A stretch of 64,000 nt of DNA from the human T2T-CHM13v2.0 reference genome, Homo sapiens: assembly GCF_009914755.1 (NCBI RefSeq), contig NC_060927.1; one strand, 5' to 3'. This document shows, piece after piece, positions 29,488 to 41,896 of the stretch. The position numbers and the translations under genes are program-made. The notes under the pieces were generated by a model. The model was not told the DNA's origin and made no database searches. It saw nothing but the letters and a program-made list of their open reading frames with translations. Numbering within the stretch: the first letter of the stretch is position 1; every line of letters begins with the position of its first letter.

Positions 29488-32400
29488 GAAATTTACATAA
29501 CTAAAAGGAAGGCAAGTGCTAGTGGCTTCCAACATAATGGACAAAAGGCCTTCAAGGTATTTCAGAGACCTTTGGGGCAGCCCCTCCCATTATAGGCCCA
29601 GAGGCCTTGGAGAGAAGAATGGTTTCATGGGCCAGGCCCCCAGGGCCCCGTTGCCCTGCACAGCCTTGGGACACAGCTCCCTGCATCCCAGCCACTCCTG
29701 TGCCAGTTGTGGCTCAAAGGGACCCAGGAACAGCTCAGGTAGCTGCTTCAGAGGGTGCAAGCCATAAGCCTTGGCAGTTTCCATGTGGTGTTAATCTTGC
29801 AGGTGCACAGAATGCAAGAATTGAGGATTAGGTGTCTCTGCCTAGATTTCAGAGGATGTATGAAAAGCCTAGATGTCCAGGCAGAAGTCTGCTTCAGGGA
29901 CAGAGCCCTTATGGAGAAGCTCTACTAGGTCAGTGAGGAGGGGAAATATGGAGTTGGAGCTCCCATACAGAGTTCCCACTGGGTCACTGCCTGGTGCAGC
30001 TGTGAAAAGAGAGCCATCATCCTGTAGACCCTAGAATGGTAGATCCACTTGCAGCTTGCACCCTTGCACCTGAAAGGGCCATAGGCACTCAACAACAGTT
30101 CATTAGAGTGACTGTGGAGGCTGAGTCACAGAAGCGGAGCTGCCCAAAGCTTTGGGAGCCCACCCTTTGCACCAGTGTTCCTTGGATGTGGTACATGGAA
30201 TAAAAGAAGATTATTTTGGAGCCTTCAGATTTAATGATTGCCCTTCTGGGTTTTGGAGTTGCATGGGGCCTGTAACCACTTTCTTTTATTCAATTTCTCC
30301 CTTTTGACAGAGTTGTGTTTACAAATGTCTATAGCCTCATTGTACCCTGTCAATAACTAACTTGTTTTTCATTTTACAGGCTCATAGGCAGGAGGGCCTA
30401 GCCTTGTCTCAGATAAGATTTCAGACTGTGGACTTTTGAGTTAATGCTGAAATGAGTCAACACTTTGGGGGAATGTTGGGAAGGCATGATTGTATTCTGC
30501 AATGTGAGAAGGACATGAGATTTGGGAGGGACCAGGGGCAAAATGATATGTTTTGGATCTGTGTCCCAAACCAAATCTTATTTTGAAGTGTAATCCTTAA
30601 TGTTGGAGGTGGGGGAAGTGATTGGATCATGAGGGTAATTGCTCATGGTTTAACACCATCCCCCTATGGTGCTGTTTTCATGATAGTGAGTTCTTGTGAC
30701 ACCTGGTTGTTTAAAAGTGTATGGCACCTCCCCTCTTTCTCTTACTCATGATCTGGTTATGTAAGAGGAGCCACTTCCCCTTTGTCTTTTGCCATGACTG
30801 TAAGATTCCCCAGCCTTCCCCAGTGGCCAATGGCCAGCATCATGCTTCCTGTACATCTTGTGGAATGATGAGCCAATGAAACCGCTATTCTTTATAAATT
30901 ACTCAGTCTCAGATATTTCTTTATAGCAATGAAAGAACAGACTAATACAGTGTACATGAAGATTTCAGCATTAGGCTTGGCAGAATTTATATGCTAAATA
31001 TATGTTTGCTAAAAATAAGACAGAGAGGCACCTACATGATTCTCATATAGTTCTATTTGTCTTTAGGTGGTCAGACACTTTAGGGTAAATTTTATAAAAG
31101 CAGTGAACCCAAAACAAGAAGTTGAGGATCTATCAAACCTAAAAATAGAACTTATTTAGGTGCGTAGGTAAAGAAACCACACACAGCAAAAAGGTTCAAT
31201 AGGGTCCACTTGGTGATGAGAAGGTTGCTTCACCCATAATACTTGCTCACCCCACAATGGGAAGTAATGGTGACACTGGCTCATACTTCAGCACCTTCTC
31301 TCTTTAAAGCTCCTAGTTTTTAAAAAAATTCTCCCATGTGGACAAAATACAGCATGGGTTTCCATCAGAGACTACTTATGTTGCAAGTCTTACTAGCTGA
31401 CTGCAGCCACTTGGTCATGATGCCTGAGCACAGTGGACATTATATATTTGCTTGTGTTAAAAGCCCCATTTTCTAGGCCCTTCATCCCAGCTGATGGGAC
31501 TTCATTGAGCCGATCAATAATGGAACAGACCTGAAACAGTCCTAATTCCTTAGTATTGAACCACCACTAAATTCCACCTTTTTTTGTTTTATTGTGTTAT
31601 GAATTATGAGATACAATTGCCTGCAATGCATTATTTTAATCCCTGGTGACGTAATATGTTTCTCTTTTTCTTATTTAAATAAACAAACATCACTCACCTG
31701 TCTTGTAGTAGCTTGCTTGCATGCTTGATTATTTGGATTAAGCCATTTCAATTATTCAGATAGTTTATTTTAAGGGGAACAATATTTCTGTGGACCTTGT
31801 ATAAACATAGAGGTTTTTATGAATGTTACAAATATATATGTGTTTTCCACAGAATCACGTTTACCACTTGGATTATATCTTTTACAGGTAACAAGCAATT
31901 AAAAAATACCCTTTCCTGAGTATTAGCTCATGTATTTTTATTCACTTAAAACATGTATCTTTTATTTGTCACCTTTGAAATCAGAACAGCTTGTAGTATT
32001 AAGATTTTGCCAGGAATTCATTTAAAAATAAGTAGGAATAGTAGGACCAAAGAATTTTTTAACAGATGGCATTTAGACCATCTAATTTAGCAAAATATTT
32101 ATTTTGTTTTTACAGAAAATTACCAGGCTAATGAGGGTGGTATAATTTTCCCAAGTTCACACGATAGATACCAAAATCCAGAATGTCTGACTCTGTCATG
32201 TTTCTTGTATTAAAAGTCCCATTTTACTTACATTTTTAAAAGAAACATAGAAATAGCTAATATTCCTGTTAAAATAAAAATCAAGTTGTTATCAATGCAA
32301 TGTTATCTAAAAATATGAGAGCCTAATCTTGCCCAGGGAATGTTTTGTGGTTTCAAGGTTTAACATATGGAGCCATTCCTAAATCACACTTTCTACATTT

Positions 32401-32702
32401 CTCAATTGTCTCAGAATTCTAATTACTCATGGCTAGTACAATTATTACTAAACATAACTAGGTCTCTCACATTATATTTCCTAGAGTAGTTAAATGAAAG
32501 AAGTCTTTCTCAGTGAAACTTAACCAGAATTCACAAAATAATTACTATGTGCAGATAGTTGATGCATATAATATTTACTTGGAATGTTTTCTAAATTAAT
32601 CATTATCTAGACAAAAAATGGTTTTAAACACCATTTTGAGGAAGACCTGGGATTTCTACAGTGAAACATTAAAGATGCAAGGGAAACAAGGAGATAACTG
32701 AA

Positions 32703-35078
32703 TGATATGGCTTGGCTCTGTATCACCACCCACATCTCACCTTGAATTGTAATAATCCCCATGTGTTGTAGGAGGGACCCCATGGGAGGTAACTGAATTA
32801 TGGGGGCAAGTTTTTCCTGTGATGTTCTCATGATATGGAATAAGTCTCATGATATGGAATAAGTCTCATGATATCTGATGGTTTATAAAGGGGAGATCCC
32901 CTGCACATGCTCTCTCTTGCCTGCCACCCTGTAAGATGTGCCTTTCTCCTTTTTCACCTTTTGCTGTGATTGTGAGGCTTCCTCATCCATGCAGAACTGC
33001 GAGTCCATTAAATCTCTTTTTCTTTAAAAATTACCCAGTCTCAAGTATGTCTTTATTAGCAGTGTAAGAAAAGTCTAATACAGTAAATTGGTACTGGGTA
33101 GTGGGGTGCTGCTGTAAAGATATCCGAAAATGTGGAAGCAACTGGAACTGGGTAACAGACAGAGGTTGGGACAGTTTGGAGGGCTCAGAAGATAGGAAAA
33201 TGTGGAAAAGTTTGGAACTTCCTAGAGACTTGGAGGGCTCAAAAGACAGGAAGATGTGGGAAAGTCTGGAACTTCCTAGAGACTTGGAGGACTCAGAAGA
33301 GAGAAAGGTGAGGGAAAGTTTGAAACTTCCTAGAGACATGTTGAATGGCTTTAACCAAAATGCTGATAGTGATATGGACAGTAAAGTCCAGGCTGAGGTG
33401 GTCTCAGTTGGAGATAAGGAACTTGTTGGGAACTGGAGTAAAGATCACTCTTGCTATGTAAATAGACTGGTGGCATTTTGCCCCTGCCTTAGCGATCTGT
33501 GAAACTTTGAACTTGGGAGAGATGATTTAGGGTATCTGGGGGAAGAAATTTCTAAGCAGCAAAGTGTTCAAAAGGGAGCAGAACATAAAATTTTGAAAAA
33601 TTTGCAGAGTGACAATGTAGTAGAAAGGAAAAGCTGATTTTCTGGGGAGAAATTCAAGTTGGCATCAGAAATTTGCATAAGTAATGGGGAGCCAAATGCT
33701 AATCCCCAAGACAATGGGGAAAATGTCTCCAGGGCATGTCAGTGATCTTCACAGGAATCCCTCCAATCATAGGCTCAGAGACCTAGGAGGAAAAAATGGT
33801 TTCCTGGGCCAGGCCCAAGGATCTCTGCTGTGTGCAGTCTTGGGACTTAGTATCCTGTGTCCCAGCTGCTCCAGCTCTAGCTAAAAGGGGCCAACATACA
33901 GCTCAGGCCATTGCTTCTGACAATGCAAGCCCCAAGCCTTGGCAGGTTCCACATGGTATTGGGTGTGCGGGTGCACAGAAGTCAAGAATTGATGTTCGGG
34001 AACCTCCAACCAAGTTTCAGAGAATGTATGGAAACACTTGGATGTCCAGACAGAAGTTTTCTGCAGAGGTGGGGCTCTTGTGGAGAACTTCTGCTAGGGT
34101 AAAGCAGAAGGAATATGTGGTGTCGGAGCCCCCACACAGAGTCCCCAGTGGGGCACTGTGTAGTGGAGTTGTGAGAAAAGGGCAACCATCCTCCAGATCC
34201 CAGAATAGTAGATCCATTGACAGCTCGCACTGTGCACCTGGAAAAACCATAGACACTCAATACCAGCCCATGAAAGCAGCCAGGAGGGAGGCTGAGCCCC
34301 ACAAAGCCACAGGAGTGGAGTTTCCCAAGGCCATGGGAATGCACCTCTGGCATCAATGTGACCTGGATATGAGACATGATGTCAAAGGAGATTATACTGG
34401 AGCTTTAAGATTTGACTGCCCTGCTGGATTTCAGACTTGCATGAGGCCTGTAGCCCCTTCATTGTGGTCAATTTCTCCCATTTGAAATGGGCATAGTTAC
34501 CCAATGCCTGTGCCTCCATTGTATCTGGGAAATAACTAACTTGCTTTTGATTTTACAGGCTCATAGGCAGAAGGGACTTGCCTTGTCTAAGATTAGACCT
34601 GGGACTTGGACTTTTGAGTAAATGCAGGAATGAGTTAAGATTTTGGGAGATTATTGGGAAGGCATGATTGGTTTTGAAATGTGAGGACATGAGATTTGGA
34701 AGGGGCCAGGAGCAGAATGATATGTTTTGGCTCTGTGTCCCCACCCAAATCCCAACTTGAATTGTAATAATCCCCATGTGTCATGGGAAGGACCCATTGG
34801 GAGGTAATTGAATCATTAGGGCAGGTTTTTTCTGTGCTGTTCCCATTATAACGAATAGGTCTCACAACATCTGATGGTTTTATAAAAGTGAGTTCCCCTG
34901 AACATGCTCTCTCTTGCCTGCCTCCATGTAAGATGTGCATTTCTCCTCTTTTGCCTTCCACAATGATTGTGAGGCTTCCCTAGTCATGTGAGACCACAAG
35001 TCCTTTAACCTCTTTTTCTGTATAAATTACCCAGTCTTGGGTATGTCTTCATTAGCAGTGTAAGAACAGACTGATATA
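32703..35078 (+). mobile_element. Full THE1 (THE1D/C-like) element: LTR 32703-33082, internal 33083-34717, LTR 34718-35078
   Basis: Paired LTRs beginning tgatatg, THE1-int sequence; ORFs 33101-33502 and 33796-34485 are MaLR-int ORF remnants; no clear TSD. Confidence 0.9.
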
Positions 35079-35129
35079 TCAAGTAAGCAAGTTGCTGAGC
35101 TTTCCTCTCTACTCTCAAAAGGCCAATAA

Positions 35130-35490
35130 AGAGTGGCTTTAAAATCTGTTCATGACTTCTCTGACATTCTTTCCTTTAAGAGATGGAGCTTAATATCTCT
35201 CCCCTGGAATGTGCGCTGGACTTAATGAGTCACTTGAAACAAATGGAATATGCCAGAAGTGACCATCTGGGTAATTTTTGAGACTAAGTCACAAAAAACA
35301 TTGTGGCTTTTGCCTTTCTATCTCTTTGGGATCACTTACCATGGAAAAAGCCAGTCGTCAGGTCATGAGGACATTTAGGCAACCTTGTGGAGAGGTCCAT
35401 GTGATGAAAAACTGAGACCTCCTTCCAACAGCCATGTGGAAAATGATCCTCCAGCCCTAGTCAAGTCTTCAGTTTCCTACAGCCCTAACC
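35130..35490 (+). mobile_element. MLT1F/G-like LTR
   Basis: aagagatggagcttaat...cccctggaatgtg; gagaggtccatgtg; cctccagccctagtcaagtcttcag. Confidence 0.65.
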
Positions 35491-37169
35491 TGTATTATTA
35501 AACAAAGTAGAACCCTAGGTGTCATAGTTCCACTGACTATTAATAAATATTTCACGATAAAAATGGTTCAGTGGTCAAATAAGTGTGGGAAGGTCTGAAT
35601 TAAACAAAGCTAAGAAAGCTTATTTCCCCTAAGATTTTAAAAATTCTTTAATATAATGTATACACTGTGGCTCTGGGTATTTTAGATCTAAGAGGGGTTA
35701 ACAGAAAGTTTACTGCTTTCTTTACCCTAAATCTGTTTATTTGGTAGTATGCTTTTATATTCAATTATAACATTTATGAACCTATTTTGTAGGAAAGAGC
35801 TCTTTGTCACAAATTAAGTGGGAGGATATTACCTCAATGCTTAAATGTTAGAACCGGGTGAGTCTTCCAATACAGTATTGGGTTGTACATGTGTGAGTCA
35901 TAGATATAAATAAAATTGCCATATAGCTCAGTGAAAGATGGACGTCCTAGTAATACATATTGAATTTTTCATGCTATACATTCTCCTATGTGCTTCTGAA
36001 TAATTAAATATGTTTTATGGATTTAAAAAATAGTTTCAGAAGGGTGGTTAAGTGCTCAATACAGAAGACTGTCAAAGTGGCCTAGTGGGGAATCCAGTGT
36101 TTTTTCCATTGTACCATTCTGCCTCAAATATGATTCTGGCATATCCAATCAAATTTATCTGGATTTCTCAACTTCTATACTCATTCTAGTTACTCCTAGC
36201 ATGGGACATATCCATACCTGTGTCTTATTTCCTGTTCTTCCTTTATCTTTCCTGAATGACTATCATCAATTTCTACCCTCTCAGAATCTTTGGCTAATCA
36301 ATATTTATGGATCATTCATTATACTTTCATCACTGTCACTACTAAAGAATAAACTAAAAGGTAAATCATTTATTCAAGATCACACAAAGTTTGAGGTTAT
36401 TAGGTTTATTAGTACTTAGACCCAACTCTAGTGCTCATGCTCTTCACCACTATGCATATTTCCATGACCTATTTCCTTCCAAGTGTCACTCCTACATATG
36501 AATTAGGCAGCTCTTATATATTTTCTGTACTATTCACAGATCCCCATCATATGAGACCATGTTTCATTTGATAATGTTATATATGTGTCAGTTTTTAAGT
36601 AGGTTACAGATGAATTAGAACATAGGAATCATATCTTGGCAATATTAAGTAAGTTGGCTGATGTGATGGTAGTAGAAAAGTTGTAAGCAAAAAGGACTAC
36701 AGAAACTGCTTTTGATATTTACTAAACCTGCTATTGATATTTACTAAAGCTTCCATTAAGTTTGATAGTTAGTTCAGGAAAATGTGAAATCCTGATTTCT
36801 GTGTATAGTGTTCACGAATCTTTATAATGTAGTTCGAATCTCTTTTTCAAACCTCAGCTTTCACTTCCACCATTCAAAGGCCTTAGCAATTCTCTATCCA
36901 CAATTTATATTCTCAAAGTCTAACCATTCTCTACATTTCTTTGCCTTTGCCTACATAATTTTTTTTTTTGCTTCCCTGCCTGAAAATCTACTCATTCTTC
37001 AAAAACCAGGTCCATTATTCTCCTCTTAGCTAGATAGCAATTATTACTTCCTTTCTGATCTCTATTAGAACATTTATAGCATTGCTCAGGACTAGATACA
37101 AGTGCCTACGTATCTGTCTTCAAAGAAACTTCATCACTCAGGGTAGAAGAAAATCTGTAATTATTAAAA

Positions 37170-37420
37170 ATGTGAGCCTTAAGCTTAGGTATATCTGGAT
37201 TCAAACTCTGACTCTGTCACTTATTAGCTACTCTGTCACTTATTAGTTATTAGGAACTTGGCCAAGATATTTAACTTTTCAAAGTCTCAATCCCCTTCTG
37301 CATAAGTAAGGATATTAATAACCTTACAGAGTTCTTGCAAGGATGACACAATAAAATACACGTAGTTCCAAGCACATAAAAGCATCATGAATTTTGTGAT
37401 ATGATGATAATAATAATTGA
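37170..37420 (+). mobile_element. MIR with a 19-bp internal tandem duplication
   Basis: MIR core (ctggattcaaactctgactctgtcactta...; acagagttcttgcaaggat); actctgtcacttattag occurs twice at 37211-37246. Confidence 0.6.
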
Positions 37421-40400
37421 TAGATCTTTGTGTTTCAATCATTAACACTGACTGAAACCTTTTATACACTTAAATTTTTGCAGAAGGCATAATGAAAATA
37501 TAAATGCTTGTATATTTACTTTTTCATTACCCACAAATAACATACACATTATGACCATAATGAATTCTTGCAGATTGAAATTAAAAAGAACAAGCCCAGC
37601 AGTATGTTGCCTGCCCTTCTGGAAACTGAAGAATATAATTAATAAACTTAGAGAAAATTAAAGACTCAAGTGACACAGGTAAGTATATCTAATTAGTGTC
37701 AAAACTTAGGCCTCCTGAATGTCTGGTGCACAGAATGCCTTTCAGATTAGCAAAATGTCCATGCAGGTATGACTGAAGATGAAGTATGGCAGAATATGGT
37801 AGCCATGCTTTATAACAAACTAAGAATGAATAAGATTTTGCCACTTATAATTCATATGGTTGCAGATTTTCCTTATTAAGATCTGAAGTTTGTTGCTTCC
37901 TCTTCCTTCTCAGCATTTTACTTCCAAAAGTCTTTTTCAACAAAGACACTAAGTCAGAGACAAAAAGCAAATGAACAAACAACAACAACAACAAGAAACC
38001 TCTTCTTTTTATTCATCTTCTATTCCAAGATAGAAGAATCTGAGTGGAACAGGGATCTGATGAGGGATCTTGTCTTAATCAAAGGATCATTGGATGGGTC
38101 TATCAGGGCTGCGACACTTCTTTTAGGGAGCTGTGTATGTGTTCTCAATTAATTAGCAGAAAGCATTTAGACTGATTTTTAGTTCACAGTACGCACTCAG
38201 TAGGCATTGTGGTTTTAATTGGAACTCGTAATTACTTTATCGTAAAATAAATTTTATCCCAATTTTGTATTGCTTTTGCTGTTTTCTCTGAGTTTCTAGA
38301 GAAGACAGTGAACTGAAAATGCCTTTCTGAAAAAGTGTGTGTGGGGGTGTGGGGTGGGGGTGTGTAAATGCCAATATACATGCAGTGAATGCGCCCCCGC
38401 ACGCTTTGGAAGCCCTGTGTCCACTTTCCTTTAACCAGTGATTAACAGGCAAGCGCAATTTTTAATTTTATAGTTTGAAGCTTTTTCACTATTCCTATGC
38501 CTTTTTTATCTTCAGGCTTTGTTGAATTAGGATGAGAACTTTAAACGGGAAGTTTGGCACTGAGTAAGCATCATTGGGAGACGGCTGAATACAGGCGAAC
38601 CTCTGCACTCTGTCAGTATCAGAATTTTTGAAAAGGAAACAGATTGCTTTGTCTTTATTTGCAATAATATCATGTTAACCTTCAAGTAAACCTTCTTTAG
38701 TAAAAACCTTCTTTAATAAAAAATATTATTTTTGCCCAATGAAAACAATATGCCTAATTATTTTTTTCTGCATTGTTTATCTCTATCTCCAAATAAATGT
38801 CTGTTGGATCCAAGCTCTAATACTCAGAAGTGGTACAGAGTAGGTAAATCATCATTATCTATATATGAGATTATGAGATCCTTGAGAAAATGGGCTGTAA
38901 GTTGTTCACCTTGTGATTGCCCATGACTAGCACCGTGTCTGGGATTGTGTGGCTCACTATTAAAGTGGGGGAAGATATGAAGTCCTAATTGTACAGAAAG
39001 AGAGATGATTTTAGTAAACAATAGGTTCCTTAGATATAAAATGAAGTAACAACTGCTACTCATAGGTATAGAACACAACTGTAGGTAGCCCATAGGCATA
39101 GAATTAGAAGCCGAAGTCAGCATCTACTATGTGTCGTGCACTATACTATGTCTAGATACTTTAGATCCTTCTCCTTTAGAGAAAGAGAATAATTAAAAGA
39201 GAGTGTAATGGATGCTACTGTAGAGGCTTTAAAAATTCTTATGAGGACCCTGTATAGAGTGTTACCCCTCCCTGAGAAATTCAAAAAAGACTTCACAAAA
39301 GAAATGATATTTTAGCTGGGGCCTGAGATTCATTAGGAGTTTGCCAAATGAAGAAAGGCAGATGGAATTTTAGGTGGAGGGAGGAAAACACAGATAGAGT
39401 CTGGATTTAACAACAATTTTCAGCTGAAAATGAAAGTTTGCAAACCTAAAATTTTATCTTACAGGTAAAAATTATCTACTGTTAGATAGTATTGAAAGTA
39501 ACTTTGTAGTAAAATTTTTACCATTTGTATTATTTATAGTCCAAAAGCTGGGTCCATTGGTCCCTTTCCCGCCAAACAGGATATTGTCATTAGAGTGACT
39601 TGCATCCTGCTGAAAGCAGTATGTCTGATGTGTAAGGCACAAAGACATTGTTTAAAGAACCCTTATGATTTTGAACCAACTGGCCCAGCAGGGAAGTTTT
39701 AACCTGCCCACCCTAACACGCACAACAGCCTGTGTTTGTAAACAGAGCCTTATTGCACTAGTGAGAGCAGACTCAGAACAGTGTCAGCTCATTAATTGGG
39801 TGTCAGCTCCCTGCTGGGAAAAAAGCTTAATGAGTCATCTCATCATAAAGAACTGTGGCTCAAGGGAGGGGTGAATTTCTTAGAGAGAGGGGGAAAGATT
39901 TGTCCAGCAATAACTATGTGTATAGAAAAGCTTGAAGCCCACCTGCTGGGATAAAGAGAGAGCAGCATTTGGGAACGGATGGTTTCTCTGCATTCTGCTA
40001 TTCAGAGCGAAACCTGAGTTTATGAGTTTATAAATGCAGCAATTACCAGTGCGTATATTCAGATTTATTGGTAGTTTAATAAATTGAAATCATTTAAAAC
40101 ACATTTTTGTATACAATTTAAGTTTTTCTTTCTTCTGCCCCCAATATAAATACTATTCTACATTTCCTCATAAAATTTCCTGTGACAAAGCACACGTTAA
40201 TCAGTGCTCATATTGAAACTCAAATATATTCTTGACATCAACAGCAAACATTATTAAAGGCTATCAAATTTATGCTGTGTGTTTTGTAGAAAGTCATAAG
40301 ACAATATTAAACTAATTAACAAAATACAGCCTTAAACATGAAAAAACCCACCTCTCTGAGTTATTATTTTAAAATCTATCCTAATATTCACATAAGAAAG

Positions 40401-40889
40401 TATTTTAGGTTTTCACGTAGTGCTCCAGATTTATACCTAATATTCATTATTAGGACACTGTGTTCTTACTTCTTGGGCCATTGGTCTTATTAATTTGTAA
40501 CATCTCTTGATATTAAATTGTCAGCCCATTGTTATATATTTTCCATAGTTTGTGTTCGTATTTTAATTTTGCCTCCAGTATTTTTGCCATGAGTTTGATA
40601 AATGAATTATGGTAAGTGTTTTTCCTTATGTCTCTATTTTTCTCAATTCCCAAAGAATCTCAAAATCTCTACTCTTTGCTCACTGACTTCTCAACCTAAG
40701 TGGTCTTTCCGACCTTCTGATCCCTCTTATCAAATCGCTAGTTCTTTCTCTCATCCTCATTCCATGTCCCCTCCGCAAGAAATGTTTCAATAGTTAATGC
40801 GTAATGTATTTTGCTGAGAAAATTAGGGGGATTTATTTATCATTTCCATAAATCTGAGATTTTCTTCTCCCCTCTAGAATACATCTATT

Positions 40890-41408
40890 GTTGTGGTTTC
40901 TAAAATGTGTTAACTTCAAATGTGTCGACTCTCCTAGTGGGAGTCTCTATTTCTTCCCCTTAAACCTGGATAGGCTTGTGACTGCTTAGACAAATAGGTA
41001 GAAGTGACACTATGTAGAGGGTGGCTCGACAAAAGGCACGAAGCTTCTACTTCGTTTGCTAAAATACTCCCTTATGGAGACCTAAGCTGCAATATAAAAA
41101 ATCCAACTAAACTGAGGCCACCAACCTGGAGAGCCATAAGAAGAGGCCACATGGAGAGGCTCTGCAGTTACATAGAGGGAGGAAGCTATTTGAGTCATCC
41201 CTGCCCATAAACTGGACGTGTGAGTGAAGAAGCCTCTAGAGGTGTCAGGCTTCCAGCTGTTCAAACAACTGAGACCCTAGACATTGTGGAACAAAGACAA
41301 ACCACACTTGCTGAGCCGTGCCCTAATTCCTTACTCACAGAATCCATGAGTATAATCAAATAATTTTTTGGAAGGTGAGTCATTTTGCAGTAATAGATAA
41401 TTGGAATA
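40890..41408 (+). mobile_element. MLT1G-like LTR
   Basis: ggcttgtgactgctt...ggtagaagtgacactatg; ccctaattccttactcacagaatccatgag; gcagtaatagataa terminus. Confidence 0.7.
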
Positions 41409-41896
41409 TCTGCCTACCATTAAGCCTCCTTTCAGTAAGTAGAAAATCCTTTTAAACACACTTTCCAGCATTTAATATCTGTTTCTATCCATTACCTTCC
41501 TTTTGTCTTCTTTAAATAAGTTTAAGAGTACAATTTAATAGATATCCTTGACTCTTACTTTCTCAGATTTTTCTTCAATTTCATCTTACATTGCCAATTA
41601 CCTTTTTAAAGTTCTGTCTCTAGGCATTGCATTCACTTTCTTCTTCTGATTCCCCTTCTATCTCCCAGAACCACCTAAATTGAAGTAAGATACCACCCCT
41701 TAAACTTTCATTATTCTCGAGAAAACCTTTGTGAACGCATTTGTTACCTTCATTAAATAATTTTGTTGTTCAAAGGCAGAGACCAGGTCTTTTTCAGAGT
41801 TGTATTTTCAGTGTCTACTAGTGTGCACTGAAAGTAAGACAGCATTCAAATAATATTTGGATAAGAGAACTCCACCTATTTCTGTACTGTCTACTC

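Larger units (their letters stand above)
23140..30949 (+). mobile_element. MSTA (MaLR) provirus: LTR 23140-23582, internal 23583-24299 and 29487-30543, LTR 30544-30949; inserted in a MIR, split by L1PB1
   Basis: Two homologous LTRs (tga..tgg...ctaataca type), MST-int sequence, TSD ATGTA/GTGTA, MIR sequence continuing on both sides. Confidence 0.88.

Noticed and set aside
33796-34485. 229-aa ORF as a domesticated gene
   Set aside because: Residual THE1-int frame, broken upstream; such remnants are common in MaLR internal regions
36710-36746. Short direct repeats (also 38687-38720 and 57940-57982) as array-like or CRISPR-like structures
   Set aside because: Two-copy slippage duplications in eukaryotic DNA; no spacer array
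38342-38362. G-quadruplex
   Set aside because: Only three G tracts
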